64,000 bases of DNA from Candidatus Spyradenecus sp. (GTDB lineage Bacteria; Verrucomicrobiota; Verrucomicrobiia; Opitutales; UBA953). The position numbers and the translations under genes were made by a program. Where the stretch lies: NCBI GenBank assembly GCA_045535075.1, contig JAZSKX010000007.1:128001-192000 (forward strand), written 5' to 3'. Position 1 is the stretch's first letter. Each line of letters opens with the position of its first letter. Shown one piece after another: positions 8,489-18,892 of this stretch. The notes under the pieces are model-generated. The model worked only from the letters and a program-made list of their open reading frames with translations. It ran no database searches and was not told where the DNA came from.

Positions 8489-9640
8489 ATGTACATTTCT
8501 CCTGAAACCCGCGCAAAAATTGACGAAATCGTGCGTCGCAGCGGGCATCTTTATAAGTTTCTTGACGTTCCCGCGAAGCAAAGTCGCATCGCCGAGCTGG
8601 AAACCAAAATGGCGGAGGCGGATTTTTGGAATGACCAGCAGGCGGCGCAGAGCGTGATTTCCGAAAACACTTCACTCAAAGCCGCCGTTACGCCGCTCGT
8701 TGCGTTTTTGCGTCGCGTGGAAGATTTGCAGACGCTCGCCGAACTTGTCGGCGAAATGGACGAAGCCGACGCGGGAGCGGGCGACGAACTTGCCGCGCTC
8801 GATGCCGAGGCGGGAACGATGCTCGAAGAAATCGACACGCTCGAAATTTCCTCCTTTCTCTCCGGTCCGCACGACAAGTCTTCCGCCATTGTGATGATTA
8901 AAGCGGGAGCGGGCGGCACCGAAGCCTGCGATTGGGCGGGAATGCTTATGCGTATGTATATGCGCTGGGGCGAGCGGCGCGGGTTCAAAGTCAGCATCGA
9001 AGATTTGCAGGACGGAGAAGGCGCGGGAGTTTCCACGGCGGTTTTGCGTTTCGACGGAGAAAATGCCTACGGCTACGTCAAAGCGGAGCGCGGTGTCCAC
9101 CGTCTCGTGCGCATTTCGCCGTTTGACGCGAACAAACGTCGCCACACGTCGTTCGCGAGCGTCGACATCGTTGCCGATATTAAAGACGATATCAACGTCG
9201 AGATTAAGGACGAAGATTTGCGCATCGACGTCTATCGCGCATCGGGCGCGGGCGGGCAACACGTCAACCGCACGGAATCTGCCGTGCGCCTCACGCACTT
9301 GCCGACGGGAATTGTCGTTGCCTGCCAGCGGGAACGCTCGCAGCACCAGAACAAAGAACTCGCGATGCGCATTTTAAAAGCGCGCATTTACGAAAAGATG
9401 GAAGACGACAAGCGCGCCGAGATGGAAAAATTTTATGGCGAAAAGGGCGAAATCGGCTGGGGAAACCAGATTCGCTCCTACGTTTTTCAGCCGTATCAAA
9501 TGGTCAAGGATTTGCGCACCGGCTACGAAACGGGCAATATTCAAGCGGTGATGGACGGCGATTTGGACGGTTTTATCAACGCGTGGCTTCGTGCCGGCGG
9601 TCCGCGTTCCCGCAACAAAGATATTAAGATTGAAGATTAG
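8489..9640 (+). CDS. prfB: Peptide chain release factor 2 (no programmed frameshift)
   Basis: SPF anticodon-mimic motif, GGQ motif, [10 protein letters not shown]; one continuous ORF. Confidence 0.97.
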   Translation: MYISPETRAKIDEIVRRSGHLYKFLDVPAKQSRIAELETKMAEADFWNDQQAAQSVISENTSLKAAVTPLVAFLRRVEDLQTLAELVGEMDEADAGAGDELAALDAEAGTMLEEIDTLEISSFLSGPHDKSSAIVMIKAGAGGTEACDWAGMLMRMYMRWGERRGFKVSIEDLQDGEGAGVSTAVLRFDGENAYGYVKAERGVHRLVRISPFDANKRRHTSFASVDIVADIKDDINVEIKDEDLRIDVYRASGAGGQHVNRTESAVRLTHLPTGIVVACQRERSQHQNKELAMRILKARIYEKMEDDKRAEMEKFYGEKGEIGWGNQIRSYVFQPYQMVKDLRTGYETGNIQAVMDGDLDGFINAWLRAGGPRSRNKDIKIED

Positions 9641-10274
9641 TCGTAGCCGTTTTCAGTGTAATGCGGCAGAGCGCGGTTACGACTGCGGCGGTTAACACGG
9701 CGGATAATGTCAGAATGATGTAATGCCATGCGCCGTAAAGTTGGCCGGCTTTCTGCCGATAAAAATTTCCTGCGGGAACGAGTTCCGCATTTTCCGCTTC
9801 GGGGATTGCTGCAATCAGAGCGGATTCGTTTGCGTAGATTTCCGGCTTTTCCGTTTCGACATTGAAACTAAAAAACGTTCCGTTTTCCGATTTACCGAAA
9901 ATAACGTTCCCGCGTTCGCAAATCTCGACGATGTCCGAAACGAGCGGAAAGCCGCCTTCAGAGCTGCCGATGTGCCCGCCGTACTCCGTGGTATCGACAA
10001 AGTAAAGGCTGTAATTGCGGGAAATATTAACGAAGAACCAGTCGCCGACTCCGATGTCGGTTCCGATGCTGTTTGCAACGATTGCGTTTCCCCAAAAACA
10101 GATACCGGAAAAAACGTAAACGGCAAGGAAGGGCATCCAGAAGGCAAGGATGAGTTTGCGGGAACGCAAGGGGTCTTTCGCGAGAAAATAAGCGACACTC
10201 AGGGAAATTCCGGCAAGAACCAGTGAAACAAATCCTAAAAAAATAACAGCCTCAATTAGAGCAAACACAATCAT
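9624..10274 (-). CDS. Hypothetical membrane protein
   Basis: Hydrophobic N- and C-terminal segments; 3' end overlaps prfB convergently. Confidence 0.6.
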   Translation of the reverse strand: MIVFALIEAVIFLGFVSLVLAGISLSVAYFLAKDPLRSRKLILAFWMPFLAVYVFSGICFWGNAIVANSIGTDIGVGDWFFVNISRNYSLYFVDTTEYGGHIGSSEGGFPLVSDIVEICERGNVIFGKSENGTFFSFNVETEKPEIYANESALIAAIPEAENAELVPAGNFYRQKAGQLYGAWHYIILTLSAVLTAAVVTALCRITLKTATTNLQS

Positions 10275-10463
10275 GAACGGATTAAAATCGGCGATGCTTT
10301 CTCTTTCAACAGGAAATGCGTTTCGTTTGCGAAACAAGAAACGCGCGTGAAACGAAGTCTCACGCGCGCCCTTTTTTCTCTCTCAACCGACTTGACTCTA
10401 TATAACTAACCTCAAAACACAAATAAAGCGCGACCCGGCATCTTTTTTGTCTGAGATTTTAAT

Positions 10464-11945
10464 TTATTTCTGTCTGCGGAAACGGAGAGTAAAGAGGACG
10501 AGTAGGGCGAGTGCGCCGACGACGCCGACGGCGTGCCCGACAAGCGGTTCGGGGACGGCGAGTCCGCCTGCTTTGTAGGGTGCGAGGAGAAAGTAGGCTA
10601 TGCAGACGGCGCTTAGGAACGTTGCGGGGAGGCTCATTATCCAGTGAGCTTTGTTGCGGGAGGCCAAAAATGCCGCACCGGTCCAAAGCGTGATGGCGGC
10701 GAGAATTTGATTGCCGATTCCCAAATATTGCCAAATTACCGAGAAATCCACTTTGCAGGCGAAATAGGCGACGGCAAATATCGGGAGCGAGACGAGGAGG
10801 CGGCTTTTCAGCGTATGCTGCGGGAACGAAAAGGTATCGGCGATAATCAGCCGAATGCCGCGAAATGCCGTGTCTCCGGAAGTAATCGGGCAAACGATAA
10901 CTCCGAGCACGGCAAGTATCGCACCTGAGATTCCCAGCCAGTCGCGGCAAATTGTTTCGACGATAATTGCCGGGGTTTTCCCGGATTGAGCTGCGGCGTT
11001 TAAGCCCTCGGGACCGCCGAAATAAGCAATGGCAACCGTCGCCCAGATAAGCGCGATAATGCCTTCGGCAATCATGGCTCCGTAGAAAATCGGGCGTGCA
11101 AGTTTTTCGTTCCCGAGACAGCGTGCCATCATCGGCGACTGTGTTCCGTGAAAACCGGAAATTGCGCCGCAGGAAATTACGATGAAAAGCATCGGGAAAA
11201 TCATGTTTTGAGCCGGGTTCCCGTGAAAATTACGCAGGTTTTCAAAACTGATTTCCGGAAGCGTCAGCGTTCCCGCAAGGGTTTTGTAAATCATGCTTCC
11301 GCCGACGCCGGCGACCATGAACAGCAATGCAATGCAAAAAACCGGATAGATTTTTCCGATGAATTTTCCGATAGGAAGCACGGTTGAAAGCAGGTAATAA
11401 AGAAAAATTACAATCACCCAAAAATCGAATGAAGGCGCCCAATTCGCGTATGTGCCGCCGAAGCATTCCGTGAGCGTGCTTTTTCCCATGGATTGAAGAA
11501 GGCCGGCAGGACCGTTTGTGAAAACAACACCGACAATGAGCAGGAGGAATCCGGAGAAAAATATCATGAAGCGTTGCGTGCCCGTTCCGAGGTATTTCCC
11601 GACAAGTTGCGGGAGGCTCATTCCGTCATTGCGCAACGAGGCGAATCCGGAGAAAAAGTCATGTGCCGCACCCATGAAAATGCACCCGAGGACAATCCAG
11701 ATATAAGCGACGGGACCGTAGAGCGCGCCCAGCACCGCGCCGAATATCGGTCCCAGCCCTGCGATGTTCAGTAATTGAATCAGGAAGACTTTCCATGCGG
11801 GAAGGACCTGATAGTCCACGCCGTCGGCAAGTCGTTTTGCGGGAGTCTCCCGATTTGAATCGACACCGAAAAAAACGGCGATAAAGCGTCCGTAAAAAAC
11901 GTATCCGAGAATGAGTGCAATCAGAGCGGAAAAGAACGTAATCAT
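10464..11945 (-). CDS. cstA: Carbon starvation CstA family transporter
   Basis: NIAGLGPIFG, GAAHDF, CGAISGFHGTQSP and PITSGDTAFR motifs; many TM helices. Confidence 0.9.
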   Translation of the reverse strand: MITFFSALIALILGYVFYGRFIAVFFGVDSNRETPAKRLADGVDYQVLPAWKVFLIQLLNIAGLGPIFGAVLGALYGPVAYIWIVLGCIFMGAAHDFFSGFASLRNDGMSLPQLVGKYLGTGTQRFMIFFSGFLLLIVGVVFTNGPAGLLQSMGKSTLTECFGGTYANWAPSFDFWVIVIFLYYLLSTVLPIGKFIGKIYPVFCIALLFMVAGVGGSMIYKTLAGTLTLPEISFENLRNFHGNPAQNMIFPMLFIVISCGAISGFHGTQSPMMARCLGNEKLARPIFYGAMIAEGIIALIWATVAIAYFGGPEGLNAAAQSGKTPAIIVETICRDWLGISGAILAVLGVIVCPITSGDTAFRGIRLIIADTFSFPQHTLKSRLLVSLPIFAVAYFACKVDFSVIWQYLGIGNQILAAITLWTGAAFLASRNKAHWIMSLPATFLSAVCIAYFLLAPYKAGGLAVPEPLVGHAVGVVGALALLVLFTLRFRRQK

Positions 11946-12032
11946 ACGCGAAAAAGGTTCGCGCAATCCTACAGAGGAATCAGGAAAAACAAAAGCGGAA
12001 ATAACACCCGGCGATTTTGTCGCGGGAACGAT

Positions 12033-12737
12033 TTATTTCGCTTCCGCTCGAAGCGTAATCAGCTCGCACTGCGGCGGCTTTTCGGGATCGTCTTTCGGCT
12101 TTCCGGGAAGGGCAATCAGAAAGTATCGCTGTGATTTTACGAGGCGCATGGAATTTCCGTAGCGCCAAGTGCGCTTGACGTTTTCCGCGCTCGTTGCCGA
12201 TGCGAGTAATTTAAATGAAAATGAACCGCTCTCCTGCGAAGAGCCCAGCGCATAGAGCTTGCGACATTCGCCGGGGAGGTATTTTTCGACGGCGTTCCCG
12301 CGAACCTTTGCCCGGAGCGTGAGTGAAGAAAAATTACAAAAAATGAGCTCTCCGCCTTGCGCTTCTGTACTGTCGAGATCGAGTACTTTCGGTGCAAATG
12401 TTTCCGCGTTGTTTTCCCAGTCCGGAACAAGTATGACAGCACAGTTGCGCGTTCCCGCAGGAATTTCGATTTCTCCGCAGCCCTCGTAAATCCCGTCATC
12501 GTTTTTTCGGTAAACGGAAAACGGATTTTCTCCACGGTATTTTTGGGCTTCGCTCGAAAGCGATTTCAGGGAACCTTCGATTTTCTTGTAATCGGATGTT
12601 TTTATAAAAAACTCACTTCTTACGTCTTCGTTGCGCATCCAAACGAAATGAATGTGCGTGTCGATCAGCGCGCCCAAGAGCTTGCCGGCAGAGAGGCAGA
12701 AAAGGACGGCAAAAAGAAAGTATTTTTTCGGATTCAT
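12033..12737 (-). CDS. Hypothetical exported protein
   Basis: Signal-peptide-like MNPKKYFLFAVLFCLSA; beta-rich body. Confidence 0.6.
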   Translation of the reverse strand: MNPKKYFLFAVLFCLSAGKLLGALIDTHIHFVWMRNEDVRSEFFIKTSDYKKIEGSLKSLSSEAQKYRGENPFSVYRKNDDGIYEGCGEIEIPAGTRNCAVILVPDWENNAETFAPKVLDLDSTEAQGGELIFCNFSSLTLRAKVRGNAVEKYLPGECRKLYALGSSQESGSFSFKLLASATSAENVKRTWRYGNSMRLVKSQRYFLIALPGKPKDDPEKPPQCELITLRAEAK

Positions 12738-12865
12738 GTCTCCGTAATTGTTTTGATTACTAATAGACGTTCTCGCGCCGCTTGAAAAGGTCGGAATCAG
12801 AAATTTTATTTGTTCAGCCAACGGAAAAGGAGTAGCATCACCGTACAACTCGTAATTTGTTATAT

Positions 12866-13999
12866 ATGAAAACCGTATTCGTTCCTCGCGAAACCGCGGA
12901 TAATGAGACGCGCACCGCGCTCATTCCGCAAGACGTGTCAATCCTTACCCGTACGGGATTTGAAATCGCCGTCGAAAGCGGCACGGGCGTTAAATCCGGC
13001 TATCTTGATGCCGATTACGCCAAAGCGGGCGCCAAAGTCGTTCCCGCCGCCGAAGCCGCTTCCGCACTTGCCGCCGCCGACATCGTTCTGCGCGTGCAAA
13101 AACCGGAAAACGCCAAAGGGCTTAAGTCCGGCGCACTTCACCTGAGCTACATGGATCCTTTCAACGAAAAGGAATTGCTCGCCGATTTCGCCGCCGCCGG
13201 CGTTCGCGCCGTTTCCCTTGAAATGATTCCGCGCACGACGCTTGCTCAGAAAATGGACGTGCAGAGCTCGCAGACCTCGCTCGCGGGTTACTACGCCGTG
13301 CTTCTCGCTGCGTCGAAACTCCCGAAAATTTTCCCGATGATGATGACACCGGCGGGAACGATTTCCCCGGCTCGCGTGTTTATCATCGGCGTCGGCGTTG
13401 CCGGTTTGCAGGCGATTGCGACGGCGAAGCGCCTCGGCGCGCGCGTTGAAGCGTTTGACACGCGCCCGGTTGTCGAAGACCAGGTCAAATCCCTCGGCGC
13501 AAAGTTTGTTAAAATTGACCTCGGCGAAATGGGGCAAACGGCGCAGGGCTACGCCAAGGAACTCACGCCGGAACAAATCGAAAAGCAAAAAGCCGGGCAG
13601 GCGAAAGTTTGCGCGCAGTCCGATGTCGTCATTACGACGGCGAAGGTTTTCGGACGCAAGGCTCCGCTTTTGCTGACGAAAGATATGATTGCGGGCATGA
13701 AACCGGGATCGATCATCATCGACATGGCGGTTTCCACGGGCGGGAACGTCGAAGGTTCCGACCCGACGAAGGAAGTCGTCACGGAAAACGGCGTGCGCAT
13801 TATCGGCGGCGACGGCTTGGAACGTTGCGTTCCCGCGGACGCTTCCCGCATGTTCTCCGGAAATATGACGGCGTTTCTCACGCACTTCTGGGACGACGAA
13901 GCGAAGGCTCTCAAAGTCGATCGCGCCGATCCGATCATGGGCGGATGCCTCCTCACCGAAGGCGGCGCCGTTGTCCACGAACGCTTCAAAACTGCGTAA
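12866..13999 (+). CDS. pntAA: NAD(P) transhydrogenase subunit alpha, part 1
   Basis: RTTLAQKMDV, MMMTPAGT, IGVGVAGLQAIATAKRLGA. Confidence 0.95.
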   Translation: MKTVFVPRETADNETRTALIPQDVSILTRTGFEIAVESGTGVKSGYLDADYAKAGAKVVPAAEAASALAAADIVLRVQKPENAKGLKSGALHLSYMDPFNEKELLADFAAAGVRAVSLEMIPRTTLAQKMDVQSSQTSLAGYYAVLLAASKLPKIFPMMMTPAGTISPARVFIIGVGVAGLQAIATAKRLGARVEAFDTRPVVEDQVKSLGAKFVKIDLGEMGQTAQGYAKELTPEQIEKQKAGQAKVCAQSDVVITTAKVFGRKAPLLLTKDMIAGMKPGSIIIDMAVSTGGNVEGSDPTKEVVTENGVRIIGGDGLERCVPADASRMFSGNMTAFLTHFWDDEAKALKVDRADPIMGGCLLTEGGAVVHERFKTA

Positions 14000-14009
14000 T
14001 AAAGGAAAA

Positions 14010-14070
14010 ACGGATAACTGATAGTTGATAGGTGAAATTACTTATCCGTTATCCACTATCAGTTTTACCT
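14010..14070. repeat. Heptamer-repeat hairpin between pntAA and pntAB
   Basis: GGATAAC TGATAGT TGATAGG pairing with CTTATCC GTTATCC ACTATCA. Confidence 0.5.
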
Positions 14071-14100
14071 TAAAATTTTAACAAATATAAAAGGTTCACT

Positions 14101-14385
14101 ATGGAAATGATAATGTTGTTTTTCGTTTTCGTGATGGCGGCGTTCCTCGGGTTCGAGCTCATCGCGAAAGTGCCGTCGCAGCTGCACACGCCGCTGATGT
14201 CGGGCACGAATGCCATTTCGGGCATTACGATTGTCGGCGCGCTCGCCGTTTGCGCCATTCAGGCGACGGGAACGCTCGGCATGATTCTCGCGTTTATCGC
14301 GATTGTTTTTGCAACGATCAACGTCGTCGGCGGCTACATGGTTACCGACCGTATGCTCGGCATGTTCAAGAAGAAAGGAAAATAA
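14101..14385 (+). CDS. pntAB: NAD(P) transhydrogenase subunit alpha, part 2
   Basis: VPSQLHTPLMSGTNAISG, NVVGGYMVTDRML. Confidence 0.95.
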   Translation: MEMIMLFFVFVMAAFLGFELIAKVPSQLHTPLMSGTNAISGITIVGALAVCAIQATGTLGMILAFIAIVFATINVVGGYMVTDRMLGMFKKKGK

Positions 14386-14389
14386 TCCG

Positions 14390-15895
14390 ATGAATACAAT
14401 GATTTTGGCTCAAGAAACGGCGTTTGCCGTTCCCGCGACGGTAATCAACCTCGCGTATATTGTCTCGTGCGTCCTGTTTATTTTCGGGATTAAACGCCTC
14501 GGGAAAACCGAAACCGCGCGTAGCGGGAATTTCCTTTCCGCGCTCGGTATGCTCATCGCGGTTATCGCCGTCTTCTTCGATGCGGACGTGATGAAATCCT
14601 GGACAACGGATTGGTACCACAACGGATATCTGTGGTGCTTCGGCGGGATCGCAATCGGCGCAATCGTCGGTGCGGTTTGGGCAAAAAAGGTCAAAATGAC
14701 CGGTATGCCGGAGCTCGTCGCGCTCTTCAACGGCTTCGGCGGTTTGGCTTCGCTCCTCGTCGCGTGGTCGGAATTTGCGAAAGTCAATCCGGACGGCTCG
14801 CCCGTTTCGCACGCGCTTACGGCGGACAATGCAGTCAGCGAAGTTTCGCTTTATCTGACAATTCTCATCGGTGCAATTACGTTCACGGGCTCCGTGCTCG
14901 CTTGGGGTAAGCTTTCGGAAAAAATTTCCGGCCGTCCGTTCCTCTTTGCGGGACAGCAGGTCGTGAACGCGCTCATCGTTTTGGTCGCGCTCGGCGCGAT
15001 GGTGGTTTACCTGTTCCCGGGCATCGTTCCCGCAGGAAGCCCCGAAACGGTTCAGGCGGTTGCGCTCTACACGGGTATCGTCGTTTCTCTCATCATGGGA
15101 ATCACGGTCGTTCTTCCGATCGGCGGCGGCGACATGCCGGTTGTCATTTCGCTTTTGAACAGCTTGTCCGGTTTGGCGGCGGCGATGGCGGGCTTTGTTA
15201 TCAATAACAACGTTCTCGTCGTTGCGGGCTGCTTGGTCGGTGCTTCCGGCGTCATTCTCACCGTCATCATGTGCAAGGCGATGAATCGCTCCATCGGCAA
15301 CTTGCTCTTCAGCGGCTTCGGCGCGGCGGATTCCGGCTCTTCGAAGAAGGCGGGAACGGGCGCGGAACCGAAGGCAGTTTCCGTGGAAGACGCTTATCTC
15401 GTGCTCGAAGCGGCGCGCTCGGTCGTGTTTATTCCGGGTTACGGGATGGCGGTTGCGCAGGCGCAACACGTGGTTAAGGAACTCGCGGCAAAGCTCGAAG
15501 AAAACGGAGCGGAAGTCAACTTCGCGATTCACCCGGTCGCCGGTCGTATGCCGGGACACATGAACGTGCTTTTGGCGGAAGCGGATGTCCCGTATGAACA
15601 ACTCAAGACGATGGACGAAATCAATCCGCTCATGCCGATGCAGGACGTTGCGATCGTTATCGGCGCGAACGACGTCGTCAACCCGGCGGCGGCGACGGAC
15701 AAATCTTCCCCGATTTACGGTATGCCGATCATCAAGGCAAACGAAGCGCGCACGGTCTTCGTGCTCAAGCGCGGTAAGGGTAAGGGCTTCTCCGGCATCG
15801 AAAACGAACTCTTCACCTTGCAGAATACACGCATGATTTACGGCGACGCGAAGGCGACCATCTCCGCGCTCTCCGGCGAGTTCGGCAAAGAGTAA
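14390..15895 (+). CDS. pntB: NAD(P) transhydrogenase subunit beta
   Basis: MTGMPELVA, IGGGDMPVVISLLNS, PGYGMAVAQAQ, HPVAGRMPGHMNVLLAEA. Confidence 0.96.
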   Translation: MNTMILAQETAFAVPATVINLAYIVSCVLFIFGIKRLGKTETARSGNFLSALGMLIAVIAVFFDADVMKSWTTDWYHNGYLWCFGGIAIGAIVGAVWAKKVKMTGMPELVALFNGFGGLASLLVAWSEFAKVNPDGSPVSHALTADNAVSEVSLYLTILIGAITFTGSVLAWGKLSEKISGRPFLFAGQQVVNALIVLVALGAMVVYLFPGIVPAGSPETVQAVALYTGIVVSLIMGITVVLPIGGGDMPVVISLLNSLSGLAAAMAGFVINNNVLVVAGCLVGASGVILTVIMCKAMNRSIGNLLFSGFGAADSGSSKKAGTGAEPKAVSVEDAYLVLEAARSVVFIPGYGMAVAQAQHVVKELAAKLEENGAEVNFAIHPVAGRMPGHMNVLLAEADVPYEQLKTMDEINPLMPMQDVAIVIGANDVVNPAAATDKSSPIYGMPIIKANEARTVFVLKRGKGKGFSGIENELFTLQNTRMIYGDAKATISALSGEFGKE

Positions 15896-15896
15896 T

Positions 15897-16031
15897 GGTG
15901 AGATTAAAGAAGATGAGAGCTTAGGGCTTAGCGCTTAGAGGTAAATGCCTTCCCTCAAGCGGGAAAAGAATTTTGAAAACTTCTTTCGCGAAGCGCAATT
16001 ACCTCTAAGCTCTCACCTCTCCTCTATCACC
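15897..16031. repeat. Long heptamer-repeat stem-loop downstream of pntB
   Basis: TGAGAGC TTAGGGC TTAGCGC TTAGAGG...CCTCTAA GCTCTCA imperfect inverted repeat. Confidence 0.5.
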
Positions 16032-16032
16032 T

Positions 16033-16075
16033 AAAAAAAGCGTTCCTGCGGCGAAAGTCGCGGGAACGCTTTTTT
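16033..16075. terminator. Bidirectional terminator built from a motif pair
   Basis: AAAAAAAGCGTTCCTGCG-gcgaaagt-CGCGGGAACGCTTTTTT between convergent genes. Confidence 0.85.
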
Positions 16076-16076
16076 A

Positions 16077-17939
16077 TCAGACGACGAAAGGAAAGAAAAT
16101 CGGGATGAAGATGATTCCGATGATGAGGACGATAATCGAAAAAGGAACGCCTATTTTCACGAAGTCAAAAAACTTATAATTCCCGGGTTCGAGCACAAGG
16201 GTGTTTACCGGCGAGGAAATCGGAGTCATAAATGCAGTTGACGCAGCGATGGCAATTCCGATTGCAAACGGGTAGGGCGAAACGCTAAGTGACTGTGCGA
16301 TGCTGATTGCCAGCGGCGCAAGAAGAACTGCCGTTACCGTGTTAGACATGAAGAGTCCGACAACCATTGTAAACGCCATCAGTAATCCGAGGATAAGGCG
16401 CGGAGAGCCGTCTCCGAAAAAGGACATCAGCATGGAAACTGCGTGCTCGACGCCGCCTGTTTTTTCGAGTGCTGTCGCGAACGGAATCATTCCGATAATG
16501 AGAATCAGGCTTGCCCAATTGATGCAGCGATAGGCGCGATCAATGTCTATGCAACGCGAGAAAATCAGAATCATGCAGGCGATCAGCGCAGCGAGCACAC
16601 TCGGAATGCTCGTGAAAATCATGAGCCCGACCATGATTACCACGCTCAGAAGTGCGTAGGGGGCTCCGCCGGGCGCGGCGATGGCTCCCGCATATTCGGC
16701 GGGAACGTTTAAGATGATGAAGTGGCGCGTGTGCTTTTGAAGTGTCGGAATTTCTTTCCACGGACCGCCGATGAGAAGCGTATCCCCGACTTTGAGTTGT
16801 TCCCGTACGATTTCACTTGCTTTAATTGCGGTGTTGTTGCGGCGGATTCCGAAAACGCTCATGCGGTATTTTTCACGGAAATGAGCTTCGGCAAGCGTCT
16901 TGCCTTCAAGCGTCGACCCCGGCATTACGGAAATTTCCACAAAACCGAATTCGCGTTCAGCCTTTGTGAAGTGGCGGCTTTCGAGCGGGCGGCGGTCGAG
17001 GCAAAGTTTTTCGGAAACGAAATCAATTTCGCCCGGTCGCGGATCGTGTAGAAAATCGATCAACAACGCATCGCCTTCCCGTAGCTCCGTATCGGCGCCG
17101 GGGTTAATCAGGCTACGCTTTCCGAGGCGCTGTTCCCGCCGCTCGATGCAGACAATATTGGCTCCGTAGTCCGAGCGCAAAGTTGACTCCCGGATTTTCT
17201 TTCCGCGAAGCGGCGAATCGCGCGTGATGACAAAAACCGCGTCGCGCCAAGAGACCTGATAGCGCTCGGCGAGTTCAACGAAGTTGGTTGTTTTTTCGTC
17301 GCGGGAATTCTTTTTTTTGTCCGAGTCCGTTTCTTTTCCGAGGAATTTTCGGACGTAGAGCATGTAAAAAACACCGGCAACGAGGACAAGAATTCCGATC
17401 GGCGTAAAAGCAAAAAATCCGAGACTCGGATAATTTTCGCGCGTGAGGATCGCGTTAACAACCATGTTCGGCGGAGTTGCGACAAGCGACATCATCCCGC
17501 TTATTAAGCCGGCGAAACTCAGCGGCATCATCAATTTTGCCGGGGAAATTTTCAGCCGTGTCGAAATTCCGAGAACAATCGGAATGAAAAGAGCAACAAT
17601 GCCCGTCGAACTCATCACCGAACCGATCAGCGCGACGGCAACCATCAGAAAAACAATCAGCTTGGTCGGGCTGTTACGCGATTTTTTTAAAATCCAAATG
17701 CCGACATCCGTTGAAATGCCGGTGCGAATCAAGCCTTCGCCGACGACGAACATCAAAGCAATCAGAATGACACTCGGATCACTGAATCCGCTCAACGCTT
17801 CTTTAATGTCGATAATTCCCAAAAGCGGGAGCGACATTAGCGCGATTAGAGCTACGATGTCCATGCGCGGTTTGTTTAATACAAAAAAAACAACGCAAAT
17901 GCCTAAAAGAACGAGCGATAAAATCAAGTCCGAGCTCAT
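16077..17939 (-). CDS. SLC13 family permease with TrkA-C domains
   Basis: Two TM bundles flanking two TrkA-C repeats; ATPPN and FMTPISSPVN motifs. Confidence 0.88.
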   Translation of the reverse strand: MSSDLILSLVLLGICVVFFVLNKPRMDIVALIALMSLPLLGIIDIKEALSGFSDPSVILIALMFVVGEGLIRTGISTDVGIWILKKSRNSPTKLIVFLMVAVALIGSVMSSTGIVALFIPIVLGISTRLKISPAKLMMPLSFAGLISGMMSLVATPPNMVVNAILTRENYPSLGFFAFTPIGILVLVAGVFYMLYVRKFLGKETDSDKKKNSRDEKTTNFVELAERYQVSWRDAVFVITRDSPLRGKKIRESTLRSDYGANIVCIERREQRLGKRSLINPGADTELREGDALLIDFLHDPRPGEIDFVSEKLCLDRRPLESRHFTKAEREFGFVEISVMPGSTLEGKTLAEAHFREKYRMSVFGIRRNNTAIKASEIVREQLKVGDTLLIGGPWKEIPTLQKHTRHFIILNVPAEYAGAIAAPGGAPYALLSVVIMVGLMIFTSIPSVLAALIACMILIFSRCIDIDRAYRCINWASLILIIGMIPFATALEKTGGVEHAVSMLMSFFGDGSPRLILGLLMAFTMVVGLFMSNTVTAVLLAPLAISIAQSLSVSPYPFAIGIAIAASTAFMTPISSPVNTLVLEPGNYKFFDFVKIGVPFSIIVLIIGIIFIPIFFPFVV

Positions 17940-17965
17940 GAAATAAAATCAGAAAGTGATGGAGT

Positions 17966-18718
17966 TTAAAGCGGGCAGGCGGTTTCGATGAATTCCCACG
18001 GGAGAGAAAATTTTTCGGCGACTTCCGCCGCGAGCGCGCAGATGCCGAATTTTTCCGTCGCGTAATGACCGCACGGATACAAATTAAAGCCGCCTTCCTG
18101 TGCAGCCGTGAAGTATTCCTGCTTCAGTTCGCCGCAAACAAGCGTATCGCAACCGAGCGATTTCAACGCGGGAACAGCCGTGTTCCCGCTTCCGCAGAGC
18201 AGGGCAATTTTTTCCGGGGTTTCGCTTCCGAATTCAATCGCCTTAAATGTTGCCGGAAAGAGTTTTTTCAATTTTTCCTGGAGCTGTTCCCGCGACATGC
18301 CTTCACACACGGCGGCAAAGGTGTTGCCTTCGTATTCCAAGCCCCAATCGAGAATTCGGATTCCGAGTTCCCGCGCGAGAATTGCGTTGTTGCCGATTTC
18401 GCGATGCGCGTCGAGCGGAAGATGTGAAGAATAAACCGCCAAATCCGCGTCGAAGAGGGTTTTGAATTTTTTATAAATCGTTCCTGTAACCGGATGTTGC
18501 GCATGCCAAAACATGCCGTGGTGTACCAATAAAAGATTAATTCCGCGTCGCGCGGCTTCTTCAAAAACGTTCGATGAGGCATCGACGGCGGCACCGATTT
18601 TGCAAACATTGCCGCTGTTTTCAAATTGTAAGCCGTTGTTGGCACCGGGAAAATCCCGGAAGCCGATGCGTTGTGTGCGAGTGTCGCAATAGGCGACAAT
18701 ATCCGAAAGTTTTGCCAT
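17966..18718 (-). CDS. Nif3-like dinuclear metal center protein (YbgI/DUF34)
   Basis: NGLQ, VHHG, HLPLDAH, GNN, GHYATE. Confidence 0.92.
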   Translation of the reverse strand: MAKLSDIVAYCDTRTQRIGFRDFPGANNGLQFENSGNVCKIGAAVDASSNVFEEAARRGINLLLVHHGMFWHAQHPVTGTIYKKFKTLFDADLAVYSSHLPLDAHREIGNNAILARELGIRILDWGLEYEGNTFAAVCEGMSREQLQEKLKKLFPATFKAIEFGSETPEKIALLCGSGNTAVPALKSLGCDTLVCGELKQEYFTAAQEGGFNLYPCGHYATEKFGICALAAEVAEKFSLPWEFIETACPL

Positions 18719-18842
18719 AAGCGGAGATTCTACTTATGCCGTCGAGCGGCTTAAAGCAAAATTCCGAAAAACCTTATGTCCGTACTCAACATGTAATTTG
18801 AATTAAAATTGAAACGCTGAGGAGCTTGTCTACTCCGAAAAC

Positions 18843-18874
18843 AAAAAAGACCGAGCGGGAACTCGGTCTTTTTT
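18843..18874 (-). terminator. hpf terminator with GCGGGAAC spanning loop and stem
   Basis: AAAAAAGACCGAG-cgggaa-CTCGGTCTTTTTT. Confidence 0.8.
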
Positions 18875-18892
18875 GAGGGATGGAGGTTAAAT

